In this document: one piece after another, positions 15,955 to 32,500 of the stretch
Layout: every line of letters begins with the position of its first letter
Numbering within the stretch: the first letter of the stretch is position 1
Assembly (NCBI RefSeq): GCF_009914755.1
Contig: NC_060925.1
DNA: 64,000 bases
Strand: one strand, 5' to 3'
From: the human T2T-CHM13v2.0 reference genome, Homo sapiens
Translations under genes and position numbers: made by a program
The notes under the pieces: model-generated
Database searches by the model: none
Told to the model about the DNA's origin: nothing
What the model saw: the letters and a program-made list of their open reading frames with translations, nothing else

Positions 15955-16145
15955 CTTTGATCACGCCTAAACACAGTTCCAAATATACAAGCCTCAAGGA
16001 TAAGTTCGCTATAATTTTTAGCACTTGATAAAGATCCTTGGGACACATTTGAAGCAGACACTATCCAAGACTGACAGCAGTAACTTATCAGTGTATTGAA
16101 GACTCCAGTCTTTATAGCAGACATTTCAATTATCTTGTACATAAT
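15955..16145 (-). CDS. TARBP1: TARBP1 exon 18 (191 nt; [14 protein letters not shown]...VFRRDQ)
   Basis: Acceptor ttccag|AT, donor AAG|gtaaaa. Confidence 0.95.
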
Positions 16146-16882
16146 CTGGAATAAAATACAACCGTCATTTTATCCTTGATTTAGTTTTTAAAAAATCAGT
16201 GCTGCTAAAAACTGTTACTTAGTTTCAACATAATCATGAACAGTCTAAAAACTGTTAAATTCATTACTGTTAGAATAACTTTGCGAGATGATCAATAATC
16301 AGAGAATGCTATTTCATCTCTTGATAATAAAAATAAATAAAATTTTACTGATAGTGATATTCATCCAGGACTCTTCAAGAGAAACAACTGCCAAAGCAGT
16401 AGAATCAAAGGGGAAAAACACCTCACCCCACACACATTCAGCTTCCTTTGTTTGCATTTTGCCAGTGGCCTTCCTTTGGCTGAGGCAGCAAAGACCAGCG
16501 TCTCTAACTATGTACTGTGGGGCAGAAAAGGACCAAGAAAGGCAGCACAGGGCTGCAGAGAAATAACGGAATCTGACTCTCCCTGTTCCCCTGGGGATCA
16601 GGAGGTACACTGGAACTCCACCTTGGTATGTTCCTATCTCAGTAGCTGCAAATGAAAATACCTCCAGAAACCAGCAAGACCTTTTGATAAGGGTTACAGT
16701 CAGAAAAATATTTCTCTACACACACAAAAAAAAACCTCAGCCAAAGTGCAATGACAAATGGCGCCTGACATTTGCCTTCAAGTATCCGGGTGAAATGAGA
16801 CTGATTGTGGAAAGAGCATGCCAACTCCTACTCAACCGAGCGATCAATTACATTGTCATGGAAGAATGACCAGTGTTGCTAG

Positions 16883-17224
<342 letters not shown>

Positions 17225-17514
17225 AGATTTCCCAACAATTAAAAGTTGCCAGGTAATCAAAATTTTAAACACTGTATGAACCAAACAAACCGTTTCTGAG
17301 GCAGATGTGGCTCCAGGCTACCGTTTTGTACCTTCTCTTCTACATCTGTCAGATTTTCTCATTCTTACTCTTGATATTTAAGAAGGTTCAAAAATATTTT
17401 TGACTGAAGGAATAAAGAGCCAAAAATCTAATTGTGAATACAACTCTCATGTTCCTCATGTGCTGAAGCTCACACACATGAAAAGAAAAGCAAAAAGAAA
17501 AGAAAGTTAGTTAC

Positions 17515-17703
17515 CTCTTTTATTTTGAAATATGCCTGGCCCTTGATTTTGGCAGCAATGGTAAGAACTTTGTTATCAAAAACAAACTGAACAAAAGCTT
17601 TTAAATTAGCCCAGAATATCAGCTGAGTGTTGCTTAAAGAAGATATAATTTTCCACGCCATGTCAAAAGACTCTATGCAGAGTGATTCAGAGGAAGTCAG
17701 AAG
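17515..17703 (-). CDS. TARBP1: TARBP1 exon 17 (189 nt; [18 protein letters not shown]...YFKIKE)
   Basis: Acceptor cctaccag|CT, donor GAG|gtaact; preceded by a 91-nt intron. Confidence 0.96.
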
Positions 17704-17794
17704 CTGGTAGGAAAAAAAAAAATACATACTTATTTCAAAAACTTGATCGCCACTCCTATAGTTACTGTTCAATTCATGTTTCACTCTATCTTAC

Positions 17795-18056
17795 CTTGGG
17801 AACCAACACTTTCAAGCAATGGAACACTGGTAAAACTTGATCAGAAGAAAGAACTGTGAGGGCTTCTAGTGCAGACTGCAAAGTCCTTATTGGCATCTGA
17901 ACGGCAGGTAGAAACGGTTCCAGAATTTCACTCCCTGTGGTTGGTATAAGGGTGTGATATTTTTTCAACAGGAAAGAGAGGCACACCCATTGATCATGAA
18001 TATATTGTGCAACTATTTTTCCCCATCCTTGGGAAGATGACGATTCTTCCAAAACA
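17795..18056 (-). CDS. TARBP1: TARBP1 exon 16 (262 nt; [16 protein letters not shown]...LKVLVPK)
   Basis: Acceptor atttcag|TG, donor AAG|gtaaga. Confidence 0.96.
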
Positions 18057-18462
18057 CTGAAATAAAAAATAAAGTTACTAGGCCATACTTCCCCAATTTG
18101 CCTCCACGTCTTTTGCACGTAGCACACTATCCTTTCTAAAGGTGGGGGGGGGGCAGTGTACAGATATAAATGGTCATTATCAAACAGCCTATCTACCAAA
18201 AACTAAGGAAACCACATAAACCTTAATTTTCTAACTTCTCTGAAAGTAGGTACTTTTGCTCATCTGAAATGATTCAGTGAAAACTAGATGCAGAAAAGTC
18301 AGCAAGTCTCCAGTAACAGAGATGAATAATGTTATACCACACTTTCATCCTGAATGGAGCTTCAGCCCCAAAATTCTATAACTTTATAAGCAATGTTGGG
18401 CAATCATGAACTCACGGTGACAACAACAGAAATGGATTTTTAAGCCTTAACCTTCCCTGTAC

Positions 18463-18677
18463 CTGCTGCACTCCAAGGGGTGAGCATAACTGCTCTGCTC
18501 CTCTGCGTGGGGCTTCTGCAGCGTCTGATTGAGCTGAAGAGAGGAAAGGAAGCTTTCCAGGGGCCCAGCATGGAGAGAGTCCAGCTGCAGCTCAGGCTTC
18601 TGGTCTATGGCCTCACACACCATGGCCAAGGCAGCCATGCTCACTACTCTCTGAATCTGACTTCCAACTGTTGGCTC
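18463..18677 (-). CDS. TARBP1: TARBP1 exon 15 (215 nt; [22 protein letters not shown]...HPLECS)
   Basis: Acceptor ttttcag|GA, donor CAG|gtacag. Confidence 0.95.
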
Positions 18678-19169
18678 CTGAAAAGGAAATGTGACAATGT
18701 TTTATTTAATATGCACAAGTCTTAATCAGTAATGACCTCAGTTGCCAGTCTATGGAAAGCTCAAGCTCTCCTTTTCCCTCTTCCTGCCTGCTCCTGAATA
18801 TCAGGAGAAATAAAAGGAAATCCAGTACACATCATTCACTTCCACTACTTCTCTACAGATTGGCAGTGAACAATTTTAAAGTAGCAATAAGAACTCAGCA
18901 ATTTAGATTAAGACAACAATGGGATCTTTTCATCTGGTAAACAGGTACCTGGAACTAGTACATGACAGATTCGCTACGTACAGAACCCAAAGCTGTGTGT
19001 AAGTCCTTCTTGACCTTTCTCCTACTCGCATACACATCTGCATGCAGCATTCCTATGGGTGAGCCTTATTTTAACTGTCTGCTGAAACATGTTAAAAAAA
19101 AAAATAAAAGGCTCCAGGTTACAAATAATTCCTTCTATCAGCTGCACGCTACTTTTGGAGAAGTCACGT

Positions 19170-19370
19170 AGTCCAGCAGTTAAGAGCTGGACTCAGGAAC
19201 CACAAAGCCCAGGTCTGAATCCTAGCTCTGTGCTACTACCAGTATGAGTGTAGACATACTACACCTTAGTTTTCTCATCTGTAAAATGGGGACAGTAACA
19301 GAATCTACTTCACGGGGTTATTGTGAAGATTAAGCAAATGGGTTACTGCATGTAAAACACTTGGAACTCT
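19170..19370 (+). mobile_element. MIR
   Basis: Core motif ttttctcatctgtaaaatggggacagtaacag. Confidence 0.75.
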
Positions 19371-20231
19371 ACACGTAGGAAAGGAGGGTAGCCAAGACAA
19401 CCTGGTCTATACTTAAAGAGAAAATCGACAATCTCTCACCAAGCTAGGAGTGCAGGCAAGAAGTCAGACACAGAAAACAACAGCACTGAGAGATTACAGC
19501 AGTTCCCTCAAATACTGCCAACCAGTAATGTCTGTATCAGAAAGGAAATTTCTACTTATTCCATACCCCTCTTTCACTCTCCAAAAATAAATCAACCATC
19601 TCTACAGAAAAATTTTACATATCAACACTGCCAACATATGAAATAGAATTTAGTGTTACCTTTGAGCCAACTATCGTCCCTGCTAACCTTAATGTAATTC
19701 AGTGAATTACTAAAGGAAGCCGATTTTTAAGAATAAGAGTTACTGTGGCATGGTTCATGGTTTGGTTGTATATTTAGAACTCACAATGTTCTTTCATAAC
19801 ACTAACAGACTAATAGGTACTAGACAGGATGCTGAAATATTAATCATCGTCTTTATCATTTCCTCCTAGAATTAAATTATTAAAGCAATCGAGTATCTTC
19901 TTTGTTTTTCTTAGTAGCCTGGATTAGTTACACTGATTGAGTTCAACTTATTAAACACTTACCACATGTTAAGTGAAAATGGCTAACTTTTATTGAGGAC
20001 TGTCTATCTGCCAGGTACAGTTCTAAAGACTTAACATGAATGAGCTTTCTTTAATTCCCACATCAACTCTATAATCCCCATTTTGCAGGTGCAGTAAATG
20101 AGACACAGAGGGGTTAAATAATGTAGGTCACACAGCAAAAATAAAGCCAGAATTCAAACCCAGCAACTCTAACTCCAAAGCCTGTGCTCTTCATTACTAA
20201 GCCTTATTGTGCCATGTTTAAGAAATGCCTT

Positions 20232-21135
<904 letters not shown>

Positions 21136-21351
21136 TCACGGCACTGTGGGAAGGAGGGGGAAAGGCATTAGACAGTGGACAGCTAGGCTGAAAAATGAGG
21201 TAGGAAGCCAAGCATGGAGGGCAATGATGTCAGACTATAAAATGTCCTTTACTGGACACGTTTGGGCAAAAGACCTAGTACAGGTGAAATGTCTATATCT
21301 AAATGATTTTAAGATGATGCCTCTTATATGTTTAATATTATATTAAGAGTA

Positions 21352-21639
<288 letters not shown>

Positions 21640-21785
21640 CTACATCTTATCACTAGAGGGTATATTTTAAAACTGAATTTTAGTTAACGCTTTGTATGGT
21701 ATCAAAATAGTGTATAAGAACTGAATATGTATTCCCTGTATGCCTTATTCAAGATAACTACAAACCTTGAATCAAAGAGGCTTAC

Positions 21786-21947
21786 CTGTCCACTGTCCAT
21801 CTCTTGAAGATGCTGAATGGATGCATTTTTCAAAAGAGAAATAACTCTCCAGATAGGGTTACCCCTTTTCCACCCAACCTTCAAATGCAGATTTATAAGC
21901 TCAGTTAACACCATCAGGTATAAATGGCAACGATCCAGATCTGAAAC
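21786..21947 (-). CDS. TARBP1: TARBP1 exon 14 (162 nt; [17 protein letters not shown]...EMDSGQ)
   Basis: Acceptor gtcttag|GT, donor CAG|gtaagc. Confidence 0.95.
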
Positions 21948-22759
21948 CTAAGACAAGGATTAAAACACTTAAGGGTACAAGCAAGGTCCATGATTTTCAC
22001 AAAACTACAAGCCTTCAGGCAGGAGAAGTTTACTTAAAGGACCACAACAAGACACTGATGAGAAAATAAGTTCTTTTCTCCAAGCAGCCTTCCATAACCT
22101 CCCACGCAGAGCTAAGGACTTCCTTCTCTGTGCTTACACAGTGACTGTGCATTCAGCACAATTATGGTGCATTTCACAGTTGAGTCATCTGTCTCCCTAC
22201 CTATGAGGGAGACCTTAGATGGCAGAAATTACCATCTACCAATTCTTATGTCCCTAGGGCTAGTACATCATAAATAATAATGATAATGGTTATAGCAATG
22301 ACTACTTCCACTGTTTACAAAAATCACTTCTCACAAAAAAGATCACTGTCCCACTTTCATAAGACAACTAAGTTTCAGAGAGGTTAAACAACTTAAATGC
22401 ACATTTTTTGACTCATAAACCCAGAAAAAAATGGGTTCAGCTCTACCATGCACCAGCCCTGTGACATAGGACAAGTTATTTAACTCTTCACTACTAAGCC
22501 TTATTGTGTTAAGATCTCATAATTCAGGTGGGGAGATGGATGACTCAATTGTGAAATGTGCCATAATTGTGCTGAATGCAGTCACTGCCTAACCTTGTCC
22601 TTGTCCATAATATAGAGATAGTAATATTTATCCATCACAGGGTTTCTGAAGGAATCAATGGGAGAAATTATTACTATATTAATATATCATTACTATACCA
22701 GAAGAGGCCTCCTATGGCACATAGAAAGCACACAGGAAGTAATTTAATCAGTTTTTACT

Positions 22760-23500
22760 GAGCAACCACTGGACGCCAAGCACTTTGCCAGGTGCTGGGA
22801 TACAGTGCAGACAGAAGGTAACGATTACAAGACTGAACAAAAGGGCAAGAGTGAGGGATGAAGGTGCCAGGAAGGATTCCTAAGTTTTTGGCTTAAGAAA
22901 CTGGCAGGATGGTGGGACATTCACTGCGACAGTAACCTGGAGAACCTCCTGTAGGAATTATAATGAGGGAGTCAGTTTTGAACAGTGTGAGAAATTCGAC
23001 TGACACCATCATAGAGCAAGCAACTATGGGCGTTAAGCTCAGAAGGGTGGTCTGAGGTGGAGACAGAGATTTGAGGGTCCCTGGCAGAACTGAAGCTGGG
23101 GATGTAGATGAGATCATCAAGTGACAGGGGAGAGAATGAGAAAAGAAGGGGTCAGGGACAAGCTTTAAAGAGCTCTGGCTTCAAAGGTTAGGGAGCAGAG
23201 AATGGACATTCAAAGAAGAAATGGAAATAATGGCCAGAAAGATGCAGGGGCTGGGGCAGGAGAAGCATGAGAGAATGACATCATAGAAGTTAAGCAGTGT
23301 TTCAAGGGGGAGGTGGTCACCAGTGTTCGCTGGAACTAAAGAATAAAGAAAAATACAGTTTGGAAAGTATCCATTAAGTTTATGAAAAAGAGTCGCTGAC
23401 ATCTTTAGTGAGAGTCATTTCTGTGTTGTAACAAAGATAAAAGTCAAATTAGAATTAAATTGAGTCTGCTTAAAGAGAAGGACATAGGGCGCTAGAAGGG
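22760..23500 (+). mobile_element. L2 fragments
   Basis: ttttactgagcaaccact...ccaggtgctgggatacag and ctaagtttttggcttaag motifs. Confidence 0.6.
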
Positions 23501-23543
23501 AACATGAAATTGAGAGACGGTTCTTTCAAAATGAGGGACCCTT

Positions 23544-23877
23544 GGCTGGGTGCAGTGGCTCACGCCTGTAATCCCAGCACTTTGGGAGGTCAAGGCAGGC
23601 AGATCACCTGAGGTCAGGGGTTCAAAACCAGCCTGACCAACATAGTGAAACTCCGTCTCTACTAAAAATACAAAAATACAAAAATCTACTAAAAATACAA
23701 AAATACAAAAATATTACAGGCGCGGTGGCGCACGCCTGTAATACCAGCTACTCGAGGCTGAGGCAGAAGATTGCTTGAACCCGGGAGGTGGAGGTTGCAG
23801 TGGGCCGACATCATGCCACTGCACCACAGCCTGGGTGACAAAGCTGCTTATTTATTTATTAAATAAATAAATAAAAT
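23544..23877 (+). mobile_element. Rearranged AluS (27-bp internal duplication, palindromic edits)
   Basis: Alu consensus with the changes described in findings. Confidence 0.9.
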
Positions 23878-24143
23878 GAAGGATGCTTAAACCTGTTAAA
23901 ATGCTCATGAAAAGAATTCAGGAGAAAAGCAGTAGTTGAAAACACAAGAAAGAAGACAATCAATAGTGTAAAGTGCTTAAGAAAATAGAGACGGATGAAA
24001 TCCCAATTTCCTTACTCTCTTGTAACAAAGGGAAGACAGGGAGGATGAATTCAGGTGTGGTTGAGCATATAGCGTAAGTCCATACATCTGGCAACTGGAA
24101 ATTGAGAGCATTCCAGCCTGACAGCCACTATTTCCTCTGTGAA

Positions 24144-24330
24144 CTAAGACAGGCAGCGGCGTAGCAGCAGACCCAGCCAGCATCGCAAAGACCGAAGATC
24201 ATATCTCTTTCCAACTCAGTGGCCTCACATTGGTAGGCTGAAATCGGCTGTGGAAATTGGTAAATACTACAGAGGCAGGCTCTTTTTTCCCCTAGAGAGT
24301 CAGTCATTAAACACTGACCAGCACACTGCT
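24144..24330. mobile_element. MER63-like hAT-Blackjack element
   Basis: Ends gagagtcagtcattaaacactgaccagcacactgctg, resembling the recalled MER63 terminus. Confidence 0.55.
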
Positions 24331-25650
24331 GACAGGGGAAAGTGTGGGAAGAGAATTTTATTAAACTCTAAGCTACTAAACAAACGTAACTTAAGTGAGA
24401 ATTCTAATTAATTTATTAAAGAATGGCTTTTTCAAAACAACTTAAAACTATCATATATGGAATTACTTTTTAAAATCTTTGCATCTAAAAGATAAAGTAA
24501 CATCAAGCTCTCCCTCTGTTTTTAGCTTCAAAATCCAAACAAACAAAAACATGTTATATAATGGGTCATCATATAAGCATAAGGGAGGGTCATTAAACTT
24601 CTTTTGTATATGTTTGGAAATTTTCCATACAAACAGGTAAAAATAATACTGAGGATAAAAAGTGGTATTGGAGCAAAACTTAAATTTTAAAGTTACTTAG
24701 ATATTTAAATGACTTCTTGGTTAAATACATACACTGATTCTGTACCCACAAAAATTAAAAATAAATAAATGCCTTCCTAAAAATGTAGGTGTACTAGAAT
24801 TCATATTAATGATTGCTTGATAAAAATTAAGGAAGATATAGATAAATATTCCCCACTCCAAAGAGATTTTCATAATAGCTTCCTTGCCTTTCTATAATAA
24901 AATCTCAAGTCTTTCAGTTGAATACTTGTATTTTTATATTTTCATACCTGTGTAAGCTGTCAAACAAATGTATTAATATTTAATTGGGTATTTAAATAAA
25001 AGTTCTTAAAGTAAGAATGCTTTCTTATTTTATTGGCAATGTAAGCATTCAAATCATTTCAACATTTGTCCCTAGAGATTTTAAACAAACAAACAAAAAA
25101 TTAAGACATTCATATAAGAACTGGTATTTTCAAGGTATTCTTTAAGGGGAAAAGCTTGTTTAGATGTCCCAAAAGAACAAATTATGTACAGTCTAGAGAC
25201 AGAGAAGACAGCTACAGTCACAGAGCATCCTCTACACCTAAAACCTAATTGCATTTAAGAATCACTGATGGAGCTTTAACACACACGCACCCCCACTCAG
25301 GGTCCGGTCTCAAAGCTGCCACATCAGAATCTTGGGATTGGGCTCCAAAATGCATTGAATGTGTGTAGTACTTCAAATATGTTACATCATTTGAAACTCT
25401 CCAAATCCTTGGATGTAAATGGGGTGAGGCTCAGAAGATCTATGTAACTTGCCCAAGGTCACAGCTAACAATACAGATGGAATTGGAACTAGGAGACCCC
25501 AAAGTCTAAGGTTTTTTTTGCTGCTTCCTAAGACCGCTTCTTGAGAAAATTAATTTTTCTTTTCAATTTAATACAGTGTCAGTAATCACTCAAATATTGG
25601 TGAAAAGAATGAAAGAAATGAAAAAGAAAGTTATTCCACTGAATACTTAC

Positions 25651-25748
25651 ACTATTTAGCTCATTCATAGTAAGTCTTCTGAGAATAAATTCAGAAATGC
25701 TCTCTGTAGTAGACATGAAAAAGTTCTGAAGAACAGTAGACACCTCAT
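25651..25748 (-). CDS. TARBP1: TARBP1 exon 13 (98 nt; [33 protein letters not shown])
   Basis: Acceptor cccatacag|AT, donor AGT|gtaagt. Confidence 0.95.
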
Positions 25749-27879
25749 CTGTATGGGGGCAAAAAGCATGCAACTAAAATGACAGCAGTTCTTTGGTACA
25801 AAACACACCAGATATTCTAGTAAATGTACAACTGGGCTAAGCACGTGAATCACTTGCCAAAAATAAATTGCAATAATATAATAATCATTCACCCCATGGG
25901 GAAAGCTATACTTAATCTTAAGTCACTTAGGAGTTCCAGTTGTGGGTAGGATGGATCAGGGACACTCTTCCCTCCACCACTGAACAGAGCTATAAAACCT
26001 AGACAGAATGCATGACGCAGCTATTTGAAAACTCTACAAGGAAAAAATAGCAGGTGGATTCAGAGAGAAGTAACACTGAACAGTGGTGAGTTTACTAATG
26101 TTTCTCCCTCTGGTCCTCCTCCCAATTGTAACCAGATGCAGAAGCAGTCAACAAGGTGGGCAGCAGAATGGGCGCCAGCTTTCTGGTCAGGCAACGAAAC
26201 AGGAGAACTCCAGGAGAGCAGACAGTGAGTACTGGATTGCAGACAGGGAGGGATGCAGGAAAGTGGCCTCGGAAAGCTGTTTATGAACTCCTGGGCTCAC
26301 CTCCAAGCTGCACATGCACGGATCTGATGCTAATCAGCACACCACAGACTTTCAGGACTGAATGAACAGAGTTGCCCACTGGCCAGTTCCCAGAGTGGCC
26401 AACAGATGGAATGCATGTGGCATGGGTCCAAAGAGCATGGCAAAGGAGGTGAAGACAAAACTGACAGCAGAAGCAGCACCCACAGAAGCTAAGTCAGAAT
26501 GTGAGGCCTCAACCTAACCAGGTTGACTGTGTACTGGACAACAGTATCAACATTCTCCACAGGATTTAAATAAGATTCAGAGTTTCATATTATAATATTC
26601 AAAACAGCTAGGATATAATCCAAAATTACTAAACATATGAAGAACCAGGAAAACCCCAGCTGATATGGAAAAAAAAATCTAGAGATAACACCAATAAGAT
26701 GACTTGGGTGTTAGAACCGTTTGACAAAAATCATTAAAGCAGCTCTAATAAAAATGCTTTAGCAAGCAATCAATGACAATCTTGAAGGAAATGGAAACTA
26801 GAAATCCTCAGCAAAGAAACAGAAGATATATAGAAAAACCAAATAGAAATTTTATAATTGAAAAGTACAATAACTGAAATAAATTCACTGAATGGGATGA
26901 ATAACAAAGGAGGTGCGAGAGGAGTCAGAACTTGAAAACAGATCAACAAAAATATGACATCTGAACAACGGAGAGAAAACTGGTTGAAAAAATAAGAAGC
27001 AGAACTAGACATCTGTGGGATAATAACAACGATCTTATTTTTTCAAGCCATCACAGCCCCAGAAGGAAAAGAGAAAGACAGTGGGGCTGAAGAAGTATCT
27101 GAATAAAGACACGGCTGAAAACTTTCCAAATCTGATAAAGGGTATAAACCTACAGATTCAAGAAGTTTCAGGGAAATCTAAAAGGATACATCCAAAGAAA
27201 TTTATGCCCAGACAAAGGGCAACCAAACTGCTAAAAACAAGCTTGATGAAAAAACAATCTTGAAAACAGAGAAAAATGACATTGCCAAAGAAAAACCTGA
27301 CTACTATGGAGTTCTCACGAGAAACCAGAGGCAAATGGAACAGCATTTTTAAACTGATGAAAGATAAGATCTATCAAGCCAGGATTTTATATCCAGAAAA
27401 AATATCCTTCAGAAATGAAGGTGAAATAAAGATATTCTCAGATGAGGGAAACTAAGAGAACTCACTGCAACAAATGTGTTCCAAAAGAAATGCTAAAAGA
27501 AGTTTTTTTGAACAAAAAGGACATGATGCCATAGGGAAATTTGGAATATCAGGAACAAAGGAAGAGCAAAAGAGACCTGTAAACATCTAAGTAAATATAA
27601 CAGGCCCTTTTCTCTTGAGTTATTTAAAATTTGTTTGTTGGTTAAAAGCAAAAATTATAACATTGTCTTGTAGGCTTTTCAACAAATGTAAATATAAGAC
27701 AACTACCATAGACAGGGGAAAGGGGGAAGGGCCCTATCAGAAGGGAAGTTTCTATATTCACTTCAAGTGGTAAATATTAATTCCAAAGAGACTGTACAAA
27801 GTATATGTACTGCAATCCTAAGGCAACCACACACACACAAAAAAAGGCTGAATTTAAATGGAATACTAAATAATGTTCA

Positions 27880-28455
<576 letters not shown>

Positions 28456-29250
28456 CTAGGAAAGTCTCCAAAGATGTTCTAAATAATTCATGGGTCAAAG
28501 AGAAAGCTTCAAGGAAAGTTAGAAAATATTTTGAGATGAAAATGCAACATGCCAAAATTTGTGGGATATAGTTAAAGCAACACTTGGAGGAAAATTAATA
28601 GCACTGTCATTTCAGAAAACAAGAAACGTCTAAAATCAACAATCTATGTTTCTGCCTTAACACTAAAAGGAAAAAAAGGCAAAATAAACCAAACCCAAGC
28701 AGAAAGAACCAAACAACAGAAATCAATGAAATTGACCAAAAAAAAAAATCTATAAAAAAAAAATCAATGAAACCAAAAGCTGGTTCTTTGAAAAGGTCAA
28801 TAAAATGATAAACCACTAGCAAGCCAGAGACAGAGACAGAGAGAGAGTGCACATGAGTAAGCACGCACACACACACACACAAATTATCACTATTAGGAAT
28901 AAAAAGACAGAGCTTACACTACAGACCCGACAGGCATTAAAAGGGTAAGGGAATACTACAGACAATTCTACTGCCCCTATTCACAGATGACATGATTATC
29001 TACAAAGAAAATCCCAAGGAACCTTCAAACAAACCAACTCCTAGAATTACGTCCTTCAGCAAGGTTACAGGATACAAGGTCAGCATACCAAAATCAATCA
29101 TATTTCTATATACTAGTAACACACAGTTAAAAATTGAAATTTTAAAACTATCATTTACAACAGCTTCCCCTCAAAAGAAATAGTTATAAATCTTACAAAA
29201 CCTGTGTAAGATCTATACGCTGAAAACTGTAAAACTGATGAAAAAAATCA

Positions 29251-29589
<339 letters not shown>

Positions 29590-31384
29590 TCATGCATTAA
29601 AAGTTTCAGCATAAGAAAGCAATTCTCCACAAACTGATCTATGCATTTAATGCAATTCCAGTCAAGATCCCAGCAGGACTTTTTTTTTGTAGGTACATAT
29701 AAGTTGATGATATAATTTATATGGAAAGGTAAAGGAACTAGAATAGCTAAAAATATTTTTGGACAAAAACCACACTACCTATTTTAAGACTTATTATAAA
29801 ACTACAGTAACCAAAACCTTGTGGTATTGGCAAAGGAATAAACACTTAGATCAAAAGAACAGAATAGAGTCCAGAATTACATCAACACAAATACAGCCAA
29901 ATTAATTATTTGTCAACAATTTTTTGGGATAGAATTCACAGAGCATTCAATTCCCCCATTAAAGGTATCTAATTCAATAGTTTCTCGTACAGTCACAGAT
30001 ATGTGCAACTATCACCACAATCAATATTAGAACATTTCATCACCTCAAAGAGAAACCTCATACCCTTTAAATCATCGGGCCCTTAACCCCTATTTTCTCC
30101 CTGCCCTAAGCAACCCCAATCTATTTTCTGTCTCTAGAGATTTGCCTATTCCGGACATTTCATTTAAATGAGATCATATAATATGTGGTCTTTAGTGATC
30201 ACCTTTCCCTTAAGATAATGTTTTCAAGGTTTATCCACGTTGTAACATGTATTACTACTTCATTCCTTTTTATGGCTGAGTATGTATAAACCACATATTA
30301 TCCATTCATCTACCCATCTACTTTGGATTGTTTCCATCACAGCCAATTAATTTTTGACAAAAGTACAAAACAATTCAACAGAGAAAGGATACTCAGTCTC
30401 TCCAACAAATGGTGCTGGTGCAACTACACCAGCAAAGGCAAAAAAAACTAACCTTGACCTAAACCTTACACCTTAGAAATTAACCCTAAAAATATCATAA
30501 GTCTAAAAGTAAAATAATAAACGAAGGAGAAAAATCCTGTACGACCTGGGGCTAAGGCAGAGTTCTCAGTCGTAATACCTACTGCACGATCCATAAAACA
30601 AAACAAAAATAAACTGGATTTCATCAGAATAAAAACTTTGGCTCTGCAAAAGACACTGTTGAGAAAATGAAAAGATAAGCTGCAGACAAAAAGAAAATAT
30701 GTGCAAACCACATATCTGACAAAGGACTAACTTGGCAGAAGATTTAATAGACACTTCATAAAATGCTGTATCTATCACTCTGAGAAGTGTTCATTAAGAG
30801 ATTACATACATTAAAAATTAATTTTAAATTTTCATGTTACCCAGGGGCTATATTATATAGCCTCTGGAGTATCTCATGAGTCACTTGCCAGGTCAAGAAG
30901 CCACCAGCAAATGATTGGAAAGTAAAAGCCTTTATTAAAAAATTAAAAACTATAACCAATGAATATGGGAAAAACAGAATACTCTTGTCTTGCATATTCC
31001 ATACTACTCTTTCTGCCTTTTCTTTCTCCTATATATATAGTCAACTCCTTAAATATCAAACTTACATTAATAGCATAAAATAGATTTACTTTCCTCATAT
31101 ATAATCAAACCCATTCAATTAAAATAAATTTGAGATTTCAAGGGAAAGCTTAGGCCTTGGAGAAGAGAGAACAAAAAGACTTGAAGAAAAGTAGCTGCCT
31201 TCAAGGTATCCAATATTATCATCCCTACCCCAGTGGCTCCTCTTAATTACCGCAATACAGAACAGCCTCTATCTCACCCTCAAGGCACATTCCCTGGTCA
31301 CTGCCACATCTCTGAATTTAACACCCTGTCACAATATACAAACTGTGGGCAAAAGTTCAAGCCAGAATAAAAATTATGGTTTGG

Positions 31385-31684
<300 letters not shown>

Positions 31685-31769
31685 TTATGGTTTGGTTTCC
31701 TAGTCTATGCCTCATATAATGTATAGTAGTAAACTGAATCCCAACAGAAGTGGTACCAGAATTAGTCAA

Positions 31770-32500
31770 AAAGCAATCACAGTCAAAATCATGATGAAGT
31801 AGCACTTTATACCCATTAGGATGGCTATTATTTTTAAAAGCCCATTAACGAGTGTTGGAGAGGATGTGGAAAAACTGGAACCCTTGTGCACTACTGGTGA
31901 AAATGTAAAAAGGTACAGCCACTGTGGAAAAGTGTATGGCAGTTCCTCAAAAAATTAAACAGAATTACCATATGATGCAGAAATTCCACTTCCAAGAGAA
32001 TTGAAAGCAGGGACTCAGACATTTGTACACCCATGTTCACAGCAGCATTATTCACAAAAGAGAAGGTGAAAAAAATCCAATTGTTCATCAACAGATGAAT
32101 GGATAACCAATTATAATCTAGCCAAACAACAGAATATTATTTGGCCTTTAAAAGGAATCAAAGCATGATACATGCTACAACATGGATGGACCCAGAAGAC
32201 ATGGTGTTCAGTGAAATAAAAATAAGTCAGACACAAAAGGACAAATGCTGTATGATTCCACTTCTAGGAGGTACCCAGAGGAGTCAAACTCATAGAGACA
32301 GAAAGTAGAATGGTGATTGCCAGGGCCTGGGGAAAGAGGAAAATGGGGAATTAGTGTTTCACAGGTACAGAGTTCCAGTTCAGGAAGAGGAAAATTGGAG
32401 ATGGATGATGGTGATGGCTGCACAACAGTGTGAACGTACTTTCTATGTCACAGAACTGTACACTTAAATATAGTGAAAATGTAAATTTTACTTTACGTAT
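31770..32500 (+). mobile_element. L1MB-type 3' fragment
   Basis: tgttggagaggatgtggaaaaactggaaccc...catgctacaacatggatg motifs. Confidence 0.8.
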
